Part shown: positions 9,946-19,800 of the stretch, one piece after another
Layout: each line of letters begins with the position of its first letter
Numbering within the stretch: the first letter of the stretch is position 1
Assembly: GCA_900696645.1 (NCBI GenBank)
Contig: CAADGV010000021.1
Location: 122,893-186,892 of the forward strand
Direction of reading: 5' to 3'
Source: an uncultured Chlorobiota bacterium
GTDB lineage: Bacteria; Bacteroidota; Ignavibacteria; UBA10030; UBA6906
Length of the DNA stretch: 64,000 nt
Translations under genes and position numbers: made by a program
Notes under the pieces: model-generated
What the model saw: only the letters and a program-made list of their open reading frames with translations
Databases searched by the model: none
Told to the model about the DNA's origin: nothing

Positions 9946-9967
9946 AGTTGAATTAATTGACTGAACC

Positions 9968-9996
9968 TTGAAGTACGTTTGTCTGGTTTGTACTTT
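9968..9996 (+). promoter_or_regulatory. Sigma70-type promoter for the expansin genes
   Basis: TTGAAG-N17-TACTTT, followed by an AGGAGG SD. Confidence 0.45.
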
Positions 9997-10022
9997 GAAT
10001 TGTCATTAACAGGAGGGGAGAT

Positions 10023-10742
10023 ATGAAGGGAATACAGTTATTGTTGGTTGCGTGGATTGTTCTTTTGCAACTTAGTTGCGCCGACAAAGCAGTCACGTCG
10101 AAAGAGCCCGAACAGATTTTGCATGATTGTTCCGATCCGCCCGTTGTACGTACGGGCGAAGCGACGTACTACACGTGGGCAAACGGCGGCGGCAATTGCA
10201 TGTTCGACCCGACGCCGAACGACTTGATGGTGGCGGCAATGAATCACGTTGATTATGCAGGTTCGGGCGTTTGCGGTTCGAGCGTGAGAATAACAGGTCC
10301 AAGCGGCGAAGTAACAGTCCGCATTGTGGATCAGTGCGGGGATTGTCCTGTCGGCAACATTGACTTAAGCCCGGCAGCATTCTCGCGCATCGCCGATATT
10401 TCGCTTGGGCGCGTGCCGATCACATGGCGCTTCGTCCCGACCGCTGTTCAGGGAAACATCATCTACCATTTCAAAGATGGCAGCAATCAATGGTGGACAG
10501 CGGTGCAAATCCGCAACCATCGCTATCCGATCGCGCGGGTTGAGTACAGAACGCAGCAGGGAACGTTCACGTCGGTGAACCGGACAGACTACAACTATTT
10601 CGTTGAACCGGGCGGAATGGGTCCGGGGCCGTACACGTTTCGTGTAACCGACATCTACGGTCATGTGTTGGTAGATAGCAATGTTGTACACCGCGAAAAT
10701 CAGAACGTGGCGGGAAGCGGGCAGTTTCCGTTGTGTAATTAG
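10023..10742 (+). CDS. Expansin EXLX1/YoaJ-like lipoprotein 1
   Basis: Lipobox-like QLSC; DPBB domain (GEATYY, GGNC, IVDQC, IDLSPAAF); CBM63 domain (KDGSNQWWTAVQ, RTDYNYF). Confidence 0.9.
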   Translation: MKGIQLLLVAWIVLLQLSCADKAVTSKEPEQILHDCSDPPVVRTGEATYYTWANGGGNCMFDPTPNDLMVAAMNHVDYAGSGVCGSSVRITGPSGEVTVRIVDQCGDCPVGNIDLSPAAFSRIADISLGRVPITWRFVPTAVQGNIIYHFKDGSNQWWTAVQIRNHRYPIARVEYRTQQGTFTSVNRTDYNYFVEPGGMGPGPYTFRVTDIYGHVLVDSNVVHRENQNVAGSGQFPLCN

Positions 10743-10761
10743 TACTGACTGTAGTTCATAA

Positions 10762-10823
10762 GCCACAGAGGCACCGAGACACGGACCCTTCTCAGGAGTT
10801 TCCGTTGCTTGCGACTCTGTGGC
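10762..10823. repeat. Intergenic palindromic element (REP-like)
   Basis: GCCACAGAG(10762)...CTCTGTGGC(10823) with a degenerate inner ACGGA/TCCGT arm. Confidence 0.5.
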
Positions 10824-10857
10824 AAACAATTGTTGATGTAAGTGAGGGAGAACGAAG

Positions 10858-11670
10858 ATGAAGGAATCGGCAAGAGTGATGATGACGGCAATGAAGGTTG
10901 CGGCAGTTCTTTTTCTGATTGTGATTTCCGGTTGTACCGACGCAACAGACGCGGTGAAGCCGCAAACGGCCGTCGAGGATGATGTGAATCAAGAAGTCTT
11001 CATTGAGGCGGGCGATTCTCTTTCTTTGATTGATGCGTTGGGGAGAAGATGTGACACGCCGTTGCGGACGGGCTTCGCTACATACTACATAGAAGCGAAC
11101 GGCGGCGGCAATTGCCTGTTCGACCCTACCCCGAACGATTTGCTGGTTGGCGCAATGAACTCGATTGATTACGCCAACTCGGATATCTGCGGCGCAACGG
11201 TTATGGTGTGGGGCCCGAAGGGCAGTGTGGCAGTGCGCATCGTTGACCAGTGCGGCGGGTGTTCGGAAGGTTCCATTGATTTGAGTCCGCTCGCGTTCTC
11301 ACGCATTGCCGATCTTCCGCAAGGTATTGTGCCTATCAAATGGAAACTAATTGCCGCGCGGGTACAGGGAAATATTCTCTACCATTTTAAAGACGGCAGC
11401 AACCAGTGGTGGACTGCGGTACAAGTTCGCAATCACCGCTACCCGATAGCGCGGCTGGAATATTTCTCCGGCGGGAGTTGGATAAACGTGCAGCGGCTCA
11501 GTTACAACTATTTTGTCGAATCAAACGGGATGGGCCCCGGTCCGTACACATTCCGCGTTACCGATCTGTTCGGCCACGTTCTGGTGGATAACGGCATTCC
11601 GCATATCGAAAACGGAAGCGTTCCGGGTGCACGACAATTTCCGTTGTGCACTGTTGTGAAGGAGTTCTGA
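10858..11670 (+). CDS. Expansin EXLX1/YoaJ-like lipoprotein 2
   Basis: Lipobox ISGC; same DPBB and CBM63 motifs (IDLSPLAF, SNQWWTAVQ, YNYF); paralog of 10023..10742. Confidence 0.9.
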   Translation: MKESARVMMTAMKVAAVLFLIVISGCTDATDAVKPQTAVEDDVNQEVFIEAGDSLSLIDALGRRCDTPLRTGFATYYIEANGGGNCLFDPTPNDLLVGAMNSIDYANSDICGATVMVWGPKGSVAVRIVDQCGGCSEGSIDLSPLAFSRIADLPQGIVPIKWKLIAARVQGNILYHFKDGSNQWWTAVQVRNHRYPIARLEYFSGGSWINVQRLSYNYFVESNGMGPGPYTFRVTDLFGHVLVDNGIPHIENGSVPGARQFPLCTVVKEF

Positions 11671-11717
11671 GAAATACAAGTTCCCGAAAAACAATCATCC
11701 GAAAATCCGGATACACT

Positions 11718-12650
11718 ATGCGATCAGTAGACTGCTGGGCTGTGTTGTGTGCTTGCATGACGGCCATTCTGCTCACTTCATGTGCTTCACAATCTGTGTA
11801 CATGCAAAATCTCACCTCCGACGGCACGATGGTCAAGCCGCCTCTGTTCATGACAGACGATACGAAAGAGGGTGATGTCCGGGTTGTTCCGAAGGTGTCT
11901 GTCGCGGCACGGCAGACTCTCGTCGGCAGGGCACACGAACATTCCAACGTTAACGACAGCGGCGTGTTTCAGGTGGATACAGTAATGCAGAACGGCACAA
12001 CGCAATACTTCGAGAGGGCGGGCGTGAACAAGAATTCTTTTCAGGGGAGGAATTTCCGCTGGGAGCCGCCGAGGGTAACAGCGTCGGTGGATTTCGAGTA
12101 CTTTGTGACGAAGACATTTTCCGTAGTTGCGGGGGCGAATTACTCATCGGGCAGTTCGCGGAGTTTCCTCGGCGCGGCGGGGGGAGTCGGCTTTTCGTTC
12201 GAAAGCAAGAATCTCGGCTTGCGTATCGATCTCGGCGCGCATTGGAGTTCGGTTGCGTACACCGTTGATTACGTCGTCGCGACGAAACTGTTCGGCGAGT
12301 CGGATCAGCGGGTTGAGTTTTTCCGCGAGTCGGGGAAATCATCCTACCTGAATTCGTACGGCGCCTTCACGCTCAACACAAAATTCAAGTCGTCGCCGAT
12401 TCAGGGATTTCTGCAGCTCGGCATCAACCGTCAGACGCTGGTTGAGATCGAGCGGCGGACATCGTTCGTCGGCAACTCGGTTGTGCTGCAATCTGCATCG
12501 TTCTTTATTGTGACGCCGGGGGTATTTTTCAACGTTGCGCCAGGGACAAGAATCGTTGCCGGGATACATTTGGCCGATGAGACCGAGTTGCTTGAAGCCG
12601 ATCCCGGAGTGTTGCTCTCGCCGTTTCTGCAAATAGAAATCGGGCTTTGA
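11718..12650 (+). CDS. Hypothetical lipoprotein with beta-barrel-like C-terminal region
   Basis: Probable start MRSVDCW; lipobox LTSC; amphipathic beta-strands; ends QIEIGL. Confidence 0.6.
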   Translation: MRSVDCWAVLCACMTAILLTSCASQSVYMQNLTSDGTMVKPPLFMTDDTKEGDVRVVPKVSVAARQTLVGRAHEHSNVNDSGVFQVDTVMQNGTTQYFERAGVNKNSFQGRNFRWEPPRVTASVDFEYFVTKTFSVVAGANYSSGSSRSFLGAAGGVGFSFESKNLGLRIDLGAHWSSVAYTVDYVVATKLFGESDQRVEFFRESGKSSYLNSYGAFTLNTKFKSSPIQGFLQLGINRQTLVEIERRTSFVGNSVVLQSASFFIVTPGVFFNVAPGTRIVAGIHLADETELLEADPGVLLSPFLQIEIGL

Positions 12651-12656
12651 CCCGTT

Positions 12657-13481
12657 CTATGCGCGAACCTGTCGAACCAGCCACGCAACACCCAAAACGG
12701 CTGATGCAACGGCCACCGCAGTGGGCGAAGTGGGAAAGTCGAGCTTGAACGCAAGAAACAACCCGACGATTGGTGAGAGCATCCCAAGAAGAACTGCAGT
12801 AAGAAAAATCCACTTTACCCGCTTTGCAATCAACATTGCGGCAACCGGCGGAACAACAAGAAAGCCGAAGACAAACACATCTCCCACCATGTGTGTCGCC
12901 ACCGAAATGACAACGGCGGCGATAATGTAGAATAGCATTTCCCAGAGGCCTGTGTTGTATCCCTGCGTGCCCGCCGTCTCCGCATCAAATGAGATGTACG
13001 AGAATTCTTTGAAGAAGAGAAGATGGACCGCCATCGTCACAACAAACACTCCTGCCATCAGATAGAACAACTCCGGCGTGACAAAAAGAATATCGCCGCG
13101 CAGAAGGTTTTCAATCTCCGAAGCTTCAACCTTCGGCGCTTTCTGCATAACGAGAATGCGTGCTGCAATCGAAAACACAAACACGAAGCCGAGAACGGCG
13201 TCCTTCGGGATGTGTTTTCCCGTGAGGAGTGTTGAGAGGATGATGACAGATGCAATCGTTACTACAAGCGACCCGATCGTGTGGGGGAGGGCGAACACCG
13301 GGAGAAACGTCAGAGCGAGACCCAGCACCGACACTTGTGTCAGAACAGCTCCCAAAAACACGACACGCTTTGCGACGATATACACCCCGAGGAACGCGCA
13401 GAGCGTCCCGACAAGCATGCTGCCGTACAGGGCATACGGAAACTCCCTGACAACGGTCAGGACAATGTCATGCGTTTCCAT
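12657..13481 (-). CDS. Zn/Mn ABC transporter permease (ZnuB/ABC-3 family)
   Basis: LGVYIVAKRVVFLG, LLRGDIL, SFDAETA, LVVPPVAA; multi-TM. Confidence 0.9.
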   Translation of the reverse strand: METHDIVLTVVREFPYALYGSMLVGTLCAFLGVYIVAKRVVFLGAVLTQVSVLGLALTFLPVFALPHTIGSLVVTIASVIILSTLLTGKHIPKDAVLGFVFVFSIAARILVMQKAPKVEASEIENLLRGDILFVTPELFYLMAGVFVVTMAVHLLFFKEFSYISFDAETAGTQGYNTGLWEMLFYIIAAVVISVATHMVGDVFVFGFLVVPPVAAMLIAKRVKWIFLTAVLLGMLSPIVGLFLAFKLDFPTSPTAVAVASAVLGVAWLVRQVRA

Positions 13482-14238
13482 TGTCTCCCCCCGCGCGAAT
13501 TATCTTGGCTCCACCCACGTTCGAGACAGTTACCGGCATTTCGTACAATGCAGAGAGGTTTTCCGCGGTAAGAATTTCGTCGACATCTCCCACCTGAAAA
13601 GCCGACCGCTCGACGAGCGCGATGCGCTTCACGTAGTTCGCAACATCATCCAATAGATGACTGACCATCAGCACCGTGAGCTTGTCGTGCTCATGCAAGT
13701 GGCGGACAAGCTGGAGAATGGAAAGTCGTGACGAGAGATCCATGCCGTTCGTCGGCTCGTCGAGAATGAGAACCTCCGGCTCGGAAGCAAGCGCACGGGC
13801 GATAAGCGTGCGCTGCTTCTGTCCGCCGGAAAGATCTTTGAACGCAACATGCTTCAGCTCGCTGATATCGACATGCTGAAGACTTTCATGCACAATTCTT
13901 CTATCATGTTGCGAAACCGATTTCAGCAAACCAACCTGACGGTAACGTCCCATCGCAACCACTTCTTCCACAGTGTATGGCATGACATAGTCTACCGTAT
14001 CGCGTTGCGGCACGTAGCCAAACCGGACGGGCTTCCCGTTGTTGTTCCGGACAATAACTTCCCCACTCATCGGCTTCAGTGTTCCGAGTATTGCGCGCAA
14101 GAGTGTTGTTTTGCCCGCCCCGTTCGGTCCAACAAGCCCGAAGAAATCGCCGTCGAGAATCGAGAACGATATGTCCTTCAGAACAATCTTCGGACCGTAA
14201 CCCAGCGTCGCATTGCGAAATTGAATCAGTGGTTGCAT
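13468..14238 (-). CDS. Zn/Mn ABC transporter ATPase (ZnuC-like)
   Basis: GPNGAGKTT, GYVPQ, LSGGQKQR, LDEPT, VSH. Confidence 0.92.
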   Translation of the reverse strand: MQPLIQFRNATLGYGPKIVLKDISFSILDGDFFGLVGPNGAGKTTLLRAILGTLKPMSGEVIVRNNNGKPVRFGYVPQRDTVDYVMPYTVEEVVAMGRYRQVGLLKSVSQHDRRIVHESLQHVDISELKHVAFKDLSGGQKQRTLIARALASEPEVLILDEPTNGMDLSSRLSILQLVRHLHEHDKLTVLMVSHLLDDVANYVKRIALVERSAFQVGDVDEILTAENLSALYEMPVTVSNVGGAKIIRAGGDNGNA

Positions 14239-14247
14239 TGCAGGTCC

Positions 14248-15132
14248 TTATTTCAATGCCTCAACGAGTGTACGAATATTGTAGTCCATCATCGAAATGT
14301 AATCCCTCGCTTCATCAACTCCTCCCACGGAAGTCGGAAGCCGGAGCACCGTGGCCGAGGTTGAGCGCGCAATTTGCTGCGGGGCGCTTGCATCATAGAA
14401 CGGCTCGACAACAATCGCCTTGATGTTTCCCGCCCTCACTTTTTGGATGAGTTGCGCCGTGTGGCCTGGCGACGGCTGTATGCCGGGCTTCGGCTCAACC
14501 TGATCAACGACGTCGAGGCCCAACCAAGCTGCAAAATACGACCAGCTTTTGTGAAAGGTGATGAGTTTTGCGCCTTTGAGCGGCCTCATCGCGTCTTCCC
14601 ACTCCGTAATCTTCGTATCAAGCTTTTTCAGAAATGCCTCAGCGTTTGTGCGAAAGAACTGCTCATCGGCGGGAGAGGATTTGATGAGAGACGCGACGAT
14701 CTCGTTGACGATGGCTCGAATATTTCGCGGATCAAGCCAGTAATGCGGATTACCGTACCGATGAACATCTCCCTGGCTTGCGTCAACTTTGTCGGGCACT
14801 TCCAGCTTGTGGATGGATTTTGAAAGATTGACAACGTCGAGGCGGGCATTGCGTGAGCCGTCAATAATCTGCGGGGCCCACATCTCCAACTCCATTCCAA
14901 TCATGAGAAACACGTCGGCCGATTTCAGCTTCATCATGTAGCTCGGTTTCACTTCCACAAAATGCGGGTTCTGATCTCCGCGAACGATGTGATCAACCGT
15001 AACTTTGTCGCCTCCAATCTGCCGGGCAAAATCGGCAAGATCGGGAAGCGTGGTGACGACGCGGACTGTTGCGTGTGCGACAATCGGCAGGGTCATCATA
15101 GCAAGAACTGCAAGTATCTTCTTCATGTTCAT
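14248..15132 (-). CDS. Metal ABC substrate-binding protein (ZnuA/TroA family)
   Basis: Start MNMKKIL with signal peptide; His ligands in NPHF, GNPHYWLDP and TFHKSW; EPKPGIQPS. Confidence 0.9.
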   Translation of the reverse strand: MNMKKILAVLAMMTLPIVAHATVRVVTTLPDLADFARQIGGDKVTVDHIVRGDQNPHFVEVKPSYMMKLKSADVFLMIGMELEMWAPQIIDGSRNARLDVVNLSKSIHKLEVPDKVDASQGDVHRYGNPHYWLDPRNIRAIVNEIVASLIKSSPADEQFFRTNAEAFLKKLDTKITEWEDAMRPLKGAKLITFHKSWSYFAAWLGLDVVDQVEPKPGIQPSPGHTAQLIQKVRAGNIKAIVVEPFYDASAPQQIARSTSATVLRLPTSVGGVDEARDYISMMDYNIRTLVEALK

Positions 15133-15145
15133 AGTCCTTTCACTG

Positions 15146-16276
15146 TTAGAAGGGATGCGCTTTATGCGGACCCAGCGAGAACAGCACCTGTAATGCAATC
15201 GAGTTTACCGACTGACTTACTCCGGCAATGTCCGTTCTGGTGTTTTGATACTGCAAACGAAGGCCCAGTGTTTCTTCAACAGGATAGTAACCGAAGAACA
15301 CGGCGATAGCCCGCGCTTTGTCATCATCGTCGTATGGTGATTGGCTCCAATCGAAGCGGGCACCGACGCTGTACGTTTTCAAGAACTGATAGTCGGCAAA
15401 GATGTACATGCCGGACGTTTTAATACTGCGTCGTTCCGGATTGCCGGCATCATCAACAAACTGGTTGAACTCGCGGTCTTGACGGCCTTTTCTGGTGTTG
15501 AACAGATATTCTCCCTGCAGCGTGAGCGACGTGTACATGTCGGGTTTATACTTGTATTTGAAATCGAAATTCCAATACCAGAACCGGTCGCGGTTGTACG
15601 GATCGTGAATGCCGGTGTACATGCTGATGCCGGTTTCAAGATCGCTGTAATCGGTCAGCGTGAAGAAACTCATCACGCGTCCCGACGTTGCATAGGTCGG
15701 CTTGGCTTCAGTGGTATCCTCAATTCCGGTCGCTTCGCCGATCGATGTTCCTCTGAGCAGATCGAAGGTGAGTTTAGTGTAGATGTTGCCGGTAGGAAGC
15801 AATGTGCTGACCGACAGGCCGAGATCGTTCAGTCCCTCGTCTCCGAAGAACCGTTCCTGCGAAAGGGGTTGTGTCACAAATGCCCATTGATGCGGGTGCA
15901 TCATGTTGATCTTGCCAAAGTCAACCCGGTACTTTCCCAGCCGTACGTTCAGGTCAAGCGGCAAGCCGCGGAATACTGTTGCGTATGCTTCTTCCAGACT
16001 GAAATCAACATGATCACCGTTGTGACTGTGCATCGCCAGGACAACATCGGCGCGTGAAAACGGATTGAGATACGATGACACGACAAGCTCGAGTTCCTGG
16101 AAACGGAAATCGGGGCGGCTGAATTCGCGAACGCCGTCTGCCAAGCGTTCTCCATCATGTGAATCAATGATGAAACGCGGGATAACACTGATATCGGGAT
16201 TAAGAGATGTTTGAGCATTGCCGGAAACGAACACAAGCGCGAGCAATGCCCCTGCACAAATTGCATGACGAAGCAT
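15146..16276 (-). CDS. Outer-membrane beta-barrel associated with metal uptake (plug-less, His-rich)
   Basis: Signal peptide, LNPDISVI, ELEL, EEAY, FGKINMMHPHQW, C-terminal GPHKAHPF; directly upstream of the SBP gene. Confidence 0.75.
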   Translation of the reverse strand: MLRHAICAGALLALVFVSGNAQTSLNPDISVIPRFIIDSHDGERLADGVREFSRPDFRFQELELVVSSYLNPFSRADVVLAMHSHNGDHVDFSLEEAYATVFRGLPLDLNVRLGKYRVDFGKINMMHPHQWAFVTQPLSQERFFGDEGLNDLGLSVSTLLPTGNIYTKLTFDLLRGTSIGEATGIEDTTEAKPTYATSGRVMSFFTLTDYSDLETGISMYTGIHDPYNRDRFWYWNFDFKYKYKPDMYTSLTLQGEYLFNTRKGRQDREFNQFVDDAGNPERRSIKTSGMYIFADYQFLKTYSVGARFDWSQSPYDDDDKARAIAVFFGYYPVEETLGLRLQYQNTRTDIAGVSQSVNSIALQVLFSLGPHKAHPF

Positions 16277-16280
16277 AAAA

Positions 16281-16333
16281 TCCTCCTTATTGGATTACTT
16301 ACGATAATTGGAAGCGTAAAAGAACAGGAGAAG
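16281..16333 (-). promoter_or_regulatory. SD-sequestering hairpin between the leader ORF and the OM barrel gene
   Basis: In the mRNA, UUCUCCU just after the leader stop can pair with the SD AGGAGGA (16287-16281); inner stem UUACG/CGUAA. Confidence 0.55.
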
Positions 16334-16681
16334 TTATGCGAAAGGCGGGCCGCGCTTGCCGGAATAAACTACATCTGTTTCAACTGTTTGCCCGGTATGC
16401 GAAGGGAATATGGCAATGGAAACAACGGCAGCATCAAATGTGAATGAGCGGCTGACATCAGCGGAAAAACGTTGCGCAAACTGTGAGCAGGCAAGGCAAT
16501 GACGCGCCTGATCGAGCGGGACGTGAATTTCCCTGGCGCCGCAGTCGTGGCTGGAGAGAACCGGCTCCGAATGCAGCGGCAGGTTTGCGTGATCGTGGTG
16601 GGCCAGATCGACCAGCGTGTTGCCAAGGAGGTACCCCAGAATGGCAAAAACGGAGAACGTATGTCGTAAGAACAAAGCCAT
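16334..16681 (-). CDS. DUF2946-like (CruR/CutF-type) leader protein with CxxC and C-terminal RGPP
   Basis: Hydrophobic N-terminus, HHDH, HCLAC, ends YSGKRGPPFA; start 16681 supported by the promoter position. Confidence 0.75.
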   Translation of the reverse strand: MALFLRHTFSVFAILGYLLGNTLVDLAHHDHANLPLHSEPVLSSHDCGAREIHVPLDQARHCLACSQFAQRFSADVSRSFTFDAAVVSIAIFPSHTGQTVETDVVYSGKRGPPFA

Positions 16682-16690
16682 TGCGTGTAG

Positions 16691-16719
16691 AATATATGCG
16701 AAGCGGGGGCGAGAAACAA
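16691..16719 (-). promoter_or_regulatory. Promoter of the metal-uptake operon
   Basis: TTGTTT-N17-TATATT, ending 9 nt before ATG 16681. Confidence 0.55.
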
Positions 16720-16887
16720 GCAACGTCTACAATCGTATCTTCACTCCGCCGTTCATCACAAACCCGTCCACGGGGGCAAAGAGGTCGTTGAAAATCGGAT
16801 TCGTGATTGTGCCTGTGTAAATGCTGCCGTATCGTGTCAGACACACAAATGGTTCGATCTGAGCTATCATGGGCAGGGGCTCAGTCC

Positions 16888-19800
16888 CTACTCGGTTTTT
16901 GCTGTCTTCCGCCTTGACTCAATCATGCTGTATATCAACGGCAGCGCAAACATTGTCAACAATGTTGACGTTATCAACCCCCCTATGACAACCGTTGCCA
17001 ACGGTCGCTGCACTTCAGCACCAGTCCCATGAGAAAGTGCCATGGGAATGAAACCGAGGCTTGCAACGAGTGCGGTCATTAGCACGGGACGTAACCGGTC
17101 TGATGCGCCTTTGATGACTGCAAACATCAGCTCGTGACCTTCCTTCAGAAGTTGGTTGATGTGGGAGATCATCACCACGCCATTGAGGACTGCGACTCCA
17201 AACAGTGCGATGAATCCGATCGAAGCAGACACACTCAGGGGAAGGTCACGGATGAACAGGGCTACCACTCCTCCGCATAACGCAAAGGGGAGATTCAGCA
17301 AGATGAGAAGCGAGTGGCGCAAGTTTCCGAAGGTCGTAAACAACAGGACAAAGATGATGAAAATGGACAATGGGACAACAACCAGCAGGCGTTGTGTGGC
17401 ACTCTCTTGATGCTCGAATTGACCGCCCCAGGTAATGTAGTACCCGGCAGGCAAGCTCACTGAGCGCTCAATACGCTGCTTTGCTTCTGCGACAAAAGTC
17501 CCGATGTCGGTTCCACGAACATTGCATTCGACGACTATCCTTCGCTGCCCGAACTCACGGCTCACCTGCACCGGCCCTTCCTCAGCAACGATGTGGGCGA
17601 CTTGTTTCAAGGGTATTGTTCCACCGCTCGGCAAGCTGACAAGGGTATTCTCGATACCCTGGATGTCTCCTCGAACACTCTCAGGATAACGGACAAGCAC
17701 CCCATATCTTGCCTGGCCTTCGATGACTTCTGTGGCAATCTTCCCGCCGATAGCGGTCTCAATGACACGCTGAACATCGGCGACATTCAGGGCGTAGCGT
17801 GCGATGGCGGCACGGTCAACATAGATGTTCAGATATGTTTGTCCTGCAACCTGCTCAGTCGATACATCGGCTGCTCCGGGAACGGTACGAACGATGTCGG
17901 CGATCTGATCCGCCTTCTCTTTGAGGATTGTGAGATCGTCCCCGAAAAGCTTGATGGCAATATCAGACTTAACTCCGGTGACAAGCTCGTCAACACGCAT
18001 GGCGATTGGCTGTGTGACATTGTAGTTCACGCCCGGAATGTGCTCCAGTTCTTTGACCATCTTATTCACAAGCTCTTCTTTGGTTTTCGCGGTCTTCCAT
18101 TCCGATTTGGGTTTGAGGGTCACATAAATGTCGCTCAGGTTTACTCCCATGGGATCCGTGGCTATGTCTGGACGACCCAAACGACCTACCACGAATTCCA
18201 CTTCCGGAAACTGCATAATGATCTGCTGGATCTTCTTCTCCATCTCAATGGATTCTGTCAGCGAGATGCTCGGCATGCGGATCGGCTGAATGAGAATGGA
18301 ACCTTCATCTAACTCGGGAATGAACTCTGTCCCGAGGCTCGGAACCAAAGCAAACGAGCCAACAAGAACCGCAAGGGCAATAGTGAATGTGATTGTTTTA
18401 CGCCTGACCGCTCTTTCGAGCAACGGCGTGTAAACCAAACGAATCCAGTGAATCAGCCTCGGTTCCTTGTGCGTTTTCTTTTCTCGCAACAGCAGACTGC
18501 TGACAACGGGAACGAATGTCAGCGTAAGTAACAGCGATCCTATCAATGCAAGCCCCACCGTCAACGCCATCGGCTTGAACATCTTTCCTTCGATGCCCTC
18601 CAGCGTTAGAATGGGGATGTACACCGCTATAATGATGAGAATGCCAAAGAGTATTGGGCGCCCCACTTCTTTTGCTGCGCTGGAGATCAATTGCAGTTTG
18701 GTCTCGTCGGCTTCCTTGTGTGTCAGTCTGCGAGTGAAGTTCTCCACCATCACCACAGAGCCGTCAACGATCATCCCAAAGTCAATTGCGCCAAGGCTCA
18801 TCAGGTTGGCTGTCAATCCAAGCCATTCCATCCCGATAAATGCAAACAGCATCGAAAGCGGGATAGTTGATGCGACGATGAGAGCAGCCCGAATGTCGCC
18901 AAGGAAAAGAAGCAGTACGGCAATTACAAGAAGTCCGCCTTCAACGAGGTTCGTGCGAACGGTGGTGATGGTCTTTTGAACAAGATCAGTTTGATCGTAG
19001 TACGGATGGATCTTGACATGCGGAGGAAGAGACTTGTTGATCTCTTCGACTTTTGCCTTGACACGCTGAATGACCTTCTGACTGTTCTCCCCTCTGAGCA
19101 TCATTACAATGGCAGCACTCACCTCGCCACGACCCTGCATGACAACTGCTCCCTGCCGGTTTTCAGGTCCGATTGTCACCCGTGCAACGTTCCTGATGTA
19201 TATAGGGGTGCCATGATCGTTCTTGACAACAATGTTCTCGAAGTCCTGCTCTTTGCTTGCAAGACCAATCCCCCGAATAATGTATTGCTCTGAGGCATGT
19301 TCGAGGTAGTTGCCGCCTGCGACGGAATTGCTTTTCTCCACAGCCTCAAACACCTCGTCGAGAGTAAGGTTGTAGCTCAACAGCTTGTTGGGATCCACGA
19401 TGATATGATACTGCTTCACAAGTCCGCCGAAGCTGTTCACTTCCGTTACGCCGGGCACTGTGCGCAGTTGTGGCTTGATGATCCAGTCCTGGATTGAGCG
19501 AAGTCCCATGAGGTCAAGACTATCGCTTTCAAGGAAGTACTGGTAGATTTCTCCCATCCCCGAAGCGATTGGCCCCATCTCCGGTTCGGGAACCGTCGGA
19601 GGGAGAGACTGCCTTGCTTTCTGGAGTCGTTCAAGAACAAGTTGCCGAGCGAAATAGATATCCACGCCATCTTCAAACACAACCGTTATCACGCTCAACC
19701 CATACTTGGAAATTGACCTGACTTCGGTGAGGCGAGGAAGGCCGTTCATTGCCACCTCGATGGGGAAGGTGACAAGCTTCTCCACCTCGACGGGGGAAAG

